A DNA stretch of 36,452 bases from a virus (taxonomy: Duplodnaviria; Caudoviricetes), in IMG/VR virus record IMGVR_UViG_3300031672_000006, positions 1-36,452 of that record; one strand, written 5' to 3'. Shown piece by piece: positions 34,139 to 36,452 of the stretch. The notes beneath the pieces were generated by a model. That model did no database searches, was not told where the DNA came from, and saw only the letters and a program-made list of their open reading frames with translations. The number at the start of each line of letters is the position of its first letter. Position 1 is the stretch's first letter. A program made the position numbers and the translations under genes.

Positions 34139-34353
34139 AGCATCCTCCAAGCTATCCACGTTACGGCTAGCGCGATAAGGCTTCCGATTGCCCATACGCG
34201 AATCAATGCCAATACATGGCGCTCTTCTTCCCTCGGCAGATGTGTAATCGTGATATAGCCGGCACCAAGGCAGTAAGGACAGAGGCGGTCAATGTCCTGA
34301 ATTCCTTTGTTACAGTTGCAACGCACATGGTCGCTTTCGATTGTCTCGATCAT
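34135..34353 (-). CDS. Small protein with a DnaJ-like Cys motif and a C-terminal transmembrane helix
   Basis: CNC..G ... CPYCLGAG followed by a hydrophobic helix; ATGA overlaps. Confidence 0.65.
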   Translation of the reverse strand: MIETIESDHVRCNCNKGIQDIDRLCPYCLGAGYITITHLPREEERHVLALIRVWAIGSLIALAVTWIAWRML

Positions 34354-34463
34354 TGCTTTCCCTTTCGCCGGTCGTACCTCGGGCCGGTACTCACCCACCA
34401 GATGTGGATGACGAGCACGATTGGCAACATGGCGAGGAATCCGGCGCTGAGTAGGGCGGTCAT
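34350..34463 (-). CDS. 37-aa membrane peptide
   Basis: Not in the ORF track; MTALLSAGFLAMLPIVLVIHIWWVSTGPRYDRRKGKQ; ATGA overlaps at both ends. Confidence 0.65.
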   Translation of the reverse strand: MTALLSAGFLAMLPIVLVIHIWWVSTGPRYDRRKGKQ

Positions 34464-34687
34464 TGTCTTATGGCTCCGGTTCCTCTTTCGAGAACGTATC
34501 CGGTGCTATTGGGCCGAAATCGGCAGAGCTGAATCCGTGACCGTCGAGTCGTGTTGTATCTTCCCCACTTGTCGCAATTCACGCAGAGGGCTTTTTCGGG
34601 TCCGACTTCGAGGACAAGAATGTAACGTTCGCTAATCCTAGAATCGTTATCACTCCATATCTGACCTGCCTTAACAGTTGGTTTCAT
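34460..34687 (-). CDS. Small beta-barrel-like phage protein
   Basis: ATG 34687 with SD GAGG; V..GQIW.DND.R...R...V..V ... RI.L.RF.P.STGY motif. Confidence 0.7.
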   Translation of the reverse strand: MKPTVKAGQIWSDNDSRISERYILVLEVGPEKALCVNCDKWGRYNTTRRSRIQLCRFRPNSTGYVLERGTGAIRQ

Positions 34688-34863
34688 CCGATCACCTCGC
34701 AAACAAACGCCACAACCAGCACCACGCCCAGCGCGCCAGCGAGCATCCAAAACAGGCAGTCTTTGACGCCCTGGCGGTATGCTAGTTTGTCGTCCGCGAC
34801 GTACTTCACGCGCTCGACGAAACCGCTCCCGCTGATGGTGATTACTTCGTCCAAGACTCTCAC
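34684..34863 (-). CDS. 59-aa protein with a C-terminal transmembrane helix
   Basis: Not in the ORF track; GTG start with SD GGAGG; ...DCLFWMLAGALGVVLVVAFVCEVIG; overlaps at both ends. Confidence 0.65.
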   Translation of the reverse strand: MRVLDEVITISGSGFVERVKYVADDKLAYRQGVKDCLFWMLAGALGVVLVVAFVCEVIG

Positions 34864-35144
34864 GGGCGACCCTCCGCCTTCGCAATGGCCCTTTTGGCCA
34901 TGTCACTAACTTCCGACCAATTAACTTGAAATCCAGCGTCCAGCGCGCCGATATTCGCGAGAACTATTTCGGCTACCTTCAGTAAATCCTCGGCTGCCTT
35001 GTGCATTGCGCACATGCGAAACATTGCGCCAGCCTTCCTGTAGGAAAGAATCTCGCAGCCGCAACCTGATACGGTGTGGCTAGCGATTGTGGCGGTAAGA
35101 AACGGCGCTTCCCACGGTCCCGGCGTCGGTTTCGACTCTTCCAT
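34860..35144 (-). CDS. Common phage early protein (TPGPW...AA.DLL...AIAKAEG type)
   Basis: Those motifs are present; SD GGAGG. Confidence 0.75.
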   Translation of the reverse strand: MEESKPTPGPWEAPFLTATIASHTVSGCGCEILSYRKAGAMFRMCAMHKAAEDLLKVAEIVLANIGALDAGFQVNWSEVSDMAKRAIAKAEGRP

Positions 35145-35146
35145 CG

Positions 35147-35554
35147 CTATTCCTCCATCTCGTAGCAGCCCGCCGCGTGCTGCAAGTCGGCCTGATACTT
35201 CGCATCTTGCCTATTGCGTTCGAGCTGCGCCGCCCCACTAAGAGGAATCGAAACGGCGCGCCCGTCCTCCGGCACAACGCCCAGCGCGTCGTGGTGAGTT
35301 TCGGAGCTTTGTCTTTCCATCCATTCCTGAAGTTCTCGGTGGAACTGATCGACGGAAATATCGCGACGGTATGTAGAGATATCGTAATTGCCTCCCGCGC
35401 CACCGGATATCATCTGGCAGTTGTTAGGAAAACGCTCGCCGATATATTCAGCGATCTTTGCAATCGTTCGGCGAACATATCCCCAATCTTCTCCGCTTAT
35501 ATTTATCTTGACTTCGAAAGGTGCTAGCGGCGGTCGCTCTACCGTAATCGTCAT
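35147..35554 (-). CDS. Hypothetical protein
   Basis: SD GAGGAGG; ATGA overlap. Confidence 0.7.
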   Translation of the reverse strand: MTITVERPPLAPFEVKINISGEDWGYVRRTIAKIAEYIGERFPNNCQMISGGAGGNYDISTYRRDISVDQFHRELQEWMERQSSETHHDALGVVPEDGRAVSIPLSGAAQLERNRQDAKYQADLQHAAGCYEMEE

Positions 35555-35664
35555 GCTTTCCTCCTCGTCTTCCGCTTCCGGCTCGCGACGTAGTACGCCA
35601 CGCGGAGCAGCTTCTCCCGCTTGCTGGCAGGCAGTCGCAGAAGGGCGCGGTCAATGCGTGTCAC
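35551..35664 (-). CDS. 37-aa Arg/Lys-rich peptide
   Basis: Not in the ORF track; SD AAGGAG, GTG start; MTRIDRALLRLPASKREKLLRVAYYVASRKRKTRRKA. Confidence 0.6.
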   Translation of the reverse strand: MTRIDRALLRLPASKREKLLRVAYYVASRKRKTRRKA

Positions 35665-35764
35665 TATGCTTTCTCCTTCGTGCCACACTGATCGCTATTT
35701 GCTTTGTCTCTCCTATTCGGAGGACTTTCATGCACCATTACGACGAGCGGTCAAATGTTGCCTA

Positions 35765-35792
35765 TTGCGTCTATTTAGTGATTTCGTATAAT
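35765..35792 (+). promoter_or_regulatory. Sigma70-type promoter antisense to the early operon
   Basis: TTGCGT-16 nt-TATAAT. Confidence 0.7.
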
Positions 35793-35825
35793 TCGCGCAT
35801 CCCCGCTGGTCCAAGGGGGCAATCC

Positions 35826-36101
35826 ATGTCCAAGGCGCGATTTACAGACAACGCACAATTAACTCTGCCGCTGGAATATTTGACTTCATCGTCCGATACG
35901 AGTCTTCGCAATTTCGAAATGATGCAATTGAACCACGCGGCAAATCTAGAAAAGGAAATCGAGGCGATGCGCAGGGAACGCGACCGGGCAAACGTAATGG
36001 CGGAGGTGGCCCGCATGCTTATTGATAACCGGACCGAATTGCTAAAGCATGTCGGGAACCATCTGGAAAGAGTGAGAGGAGAAAGGAGCGATGCCGCGTG
36101 A
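35826..36101 (+). CDS. 91-aa helical protein encoded antisense to the early operon
   Basis: Own promoter, AAGGGGG before ATG 35826, amphipathic coiled-coil sequence (LNHAANLEKEIEAMRRERD). Confidence 0.7.
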   Translation: MSKARFTDNAQLTLPLEYLTSSSDTSLRNFEMMQLNHAANLEKEIEAMRRERDRANVMAEVARMLIDNRTELLKHVGNHLERVRGERSDAA

Positions 36102-36213
36102 GAGGGTCTTACCGTCCGCTGATTATGTTGTGCGAATGAAACAACAACATTGTATTCATTCCCGCACTCCAAGTTGACCGGAAACACAAATACCTCCGCG
36201 TCGGCTCTCATGG

Positions 36214-36375
36214 CTAGGCCGCCTGTCCCTTTTCTGCTCTTAATTCACGGTGCAAGAGCTGGCGCACGAGCTCACTGAAGTCAGTTCCTCGCTTCTCAGC
36301 CAAGGAATAGAAGGCTTTCTGCTCTTCAGGGCTTAGCATCACCCGACTCTGCAACGTCCGGTTTGATCGTTTCAT
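36214..36375 (-). CDS. Ribbon-helix-helix (Arc/CopG-like) early regulator in a Cro-like position
   Basis: Not in the ORF track (53 aa): MKRSNRTLQSRVMLSPEEQKAFYSLAEKRGTDFSELVRQLLHRELRAEKGQAA. Confidence 0.8.
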   Translation of the reverse strand: MKRSNRTLQSRVMLSPEEQKAFYSLAEKRGTDFSELVRQLLHRELRAEKGQAA

Positions 36376-36381
36376 GCTTAC

Positions 36382-36412
36382 TTTTTACAATGATGGCCAT
36401 GTCTTGTCAAGA
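36382..36412 (-). promoter_or_regulatory. Putative early promoter/operator
   Basis: TTGACA-17 nt-TAAAAA (imperfect -10), 6 nt before the ATG; overlapped by palindromes TCTTG-A-CAAGA and ATGGCCAT. Confidence 0.5.
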
Positions 36413-36452
36413 ACAATTATCGCCACATTCCCACAAAGAGCATAAATAATCC

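Larger units (their letters stand above)
1..36452 (-). mobile_element. Internal segment of a myovirus-type phage/prophage (DUF1073 portal, DUF2213 protease, DUF2184 capsid, DUF3383 sheath architecture)
   Basis: Contiguous co-oriented packaging, head, neck, tail and baseplate genes plus replication and early modules, with many ATGA/TAATG overlaps; no host housekeeping genes or genome ends in the window. Confidence 0.97.

Overview
The whole window is an internal 36.5-kb slice of a tailed phage or prophage with a contractile tail, read almost entirely on the minus strand. In transcription order (right to left) it holds: an RHH-type early regulator; many tiny early ORFs; a recombination-like block (Gp3/RDF-like protein, Fe-S PD-(D/E)XK nuclease, Rad50/SMC-like ATPase, ASCH, HerA-like ATPase with tandem winged helices); a replication initiator with internal iterons and a DnaC-like loader; a partly decayed nin-like region; TerS/TerL, DUF1073-type portal and minor head protein; a plus-strand moron (RHH, superinfection-immunity protein, excisionase-like HTH, orphan IS200/IS605-like right end); DUF2213 protease/scaffold, cement, DUF2184-type capsid, neck, DUF3383 sheath, tube, -1-frameshifting tail chaperone, short tape measure with lytic transglycosylase, baseplate and a short fibre. 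No integrase, CI-like repressor, lysis gene, att site, CRISPR array or canonical tRNA is visible. The most notable unannotated signals are: (1) a small YezD/DUF2292-like ORF followed by an overlapping antiterminator/terminator that gates a signal-peptide-bearing fibre-like gene; (2) a 69-nt tRNA-like RNA ending in ACCA; (3) an orphan IS605/TnpB-type right end; (4) a truncated stand-alone Cas7/RAMP-like ORF just upstream of terS; (5) a HerA + Rad50-like + Cas4/AddB-like module with no Mre11/NurA; (6) an antisense gene with its own promoter inside the early operon. Family names come from motif recognition and synteny by eye. No database search was run.
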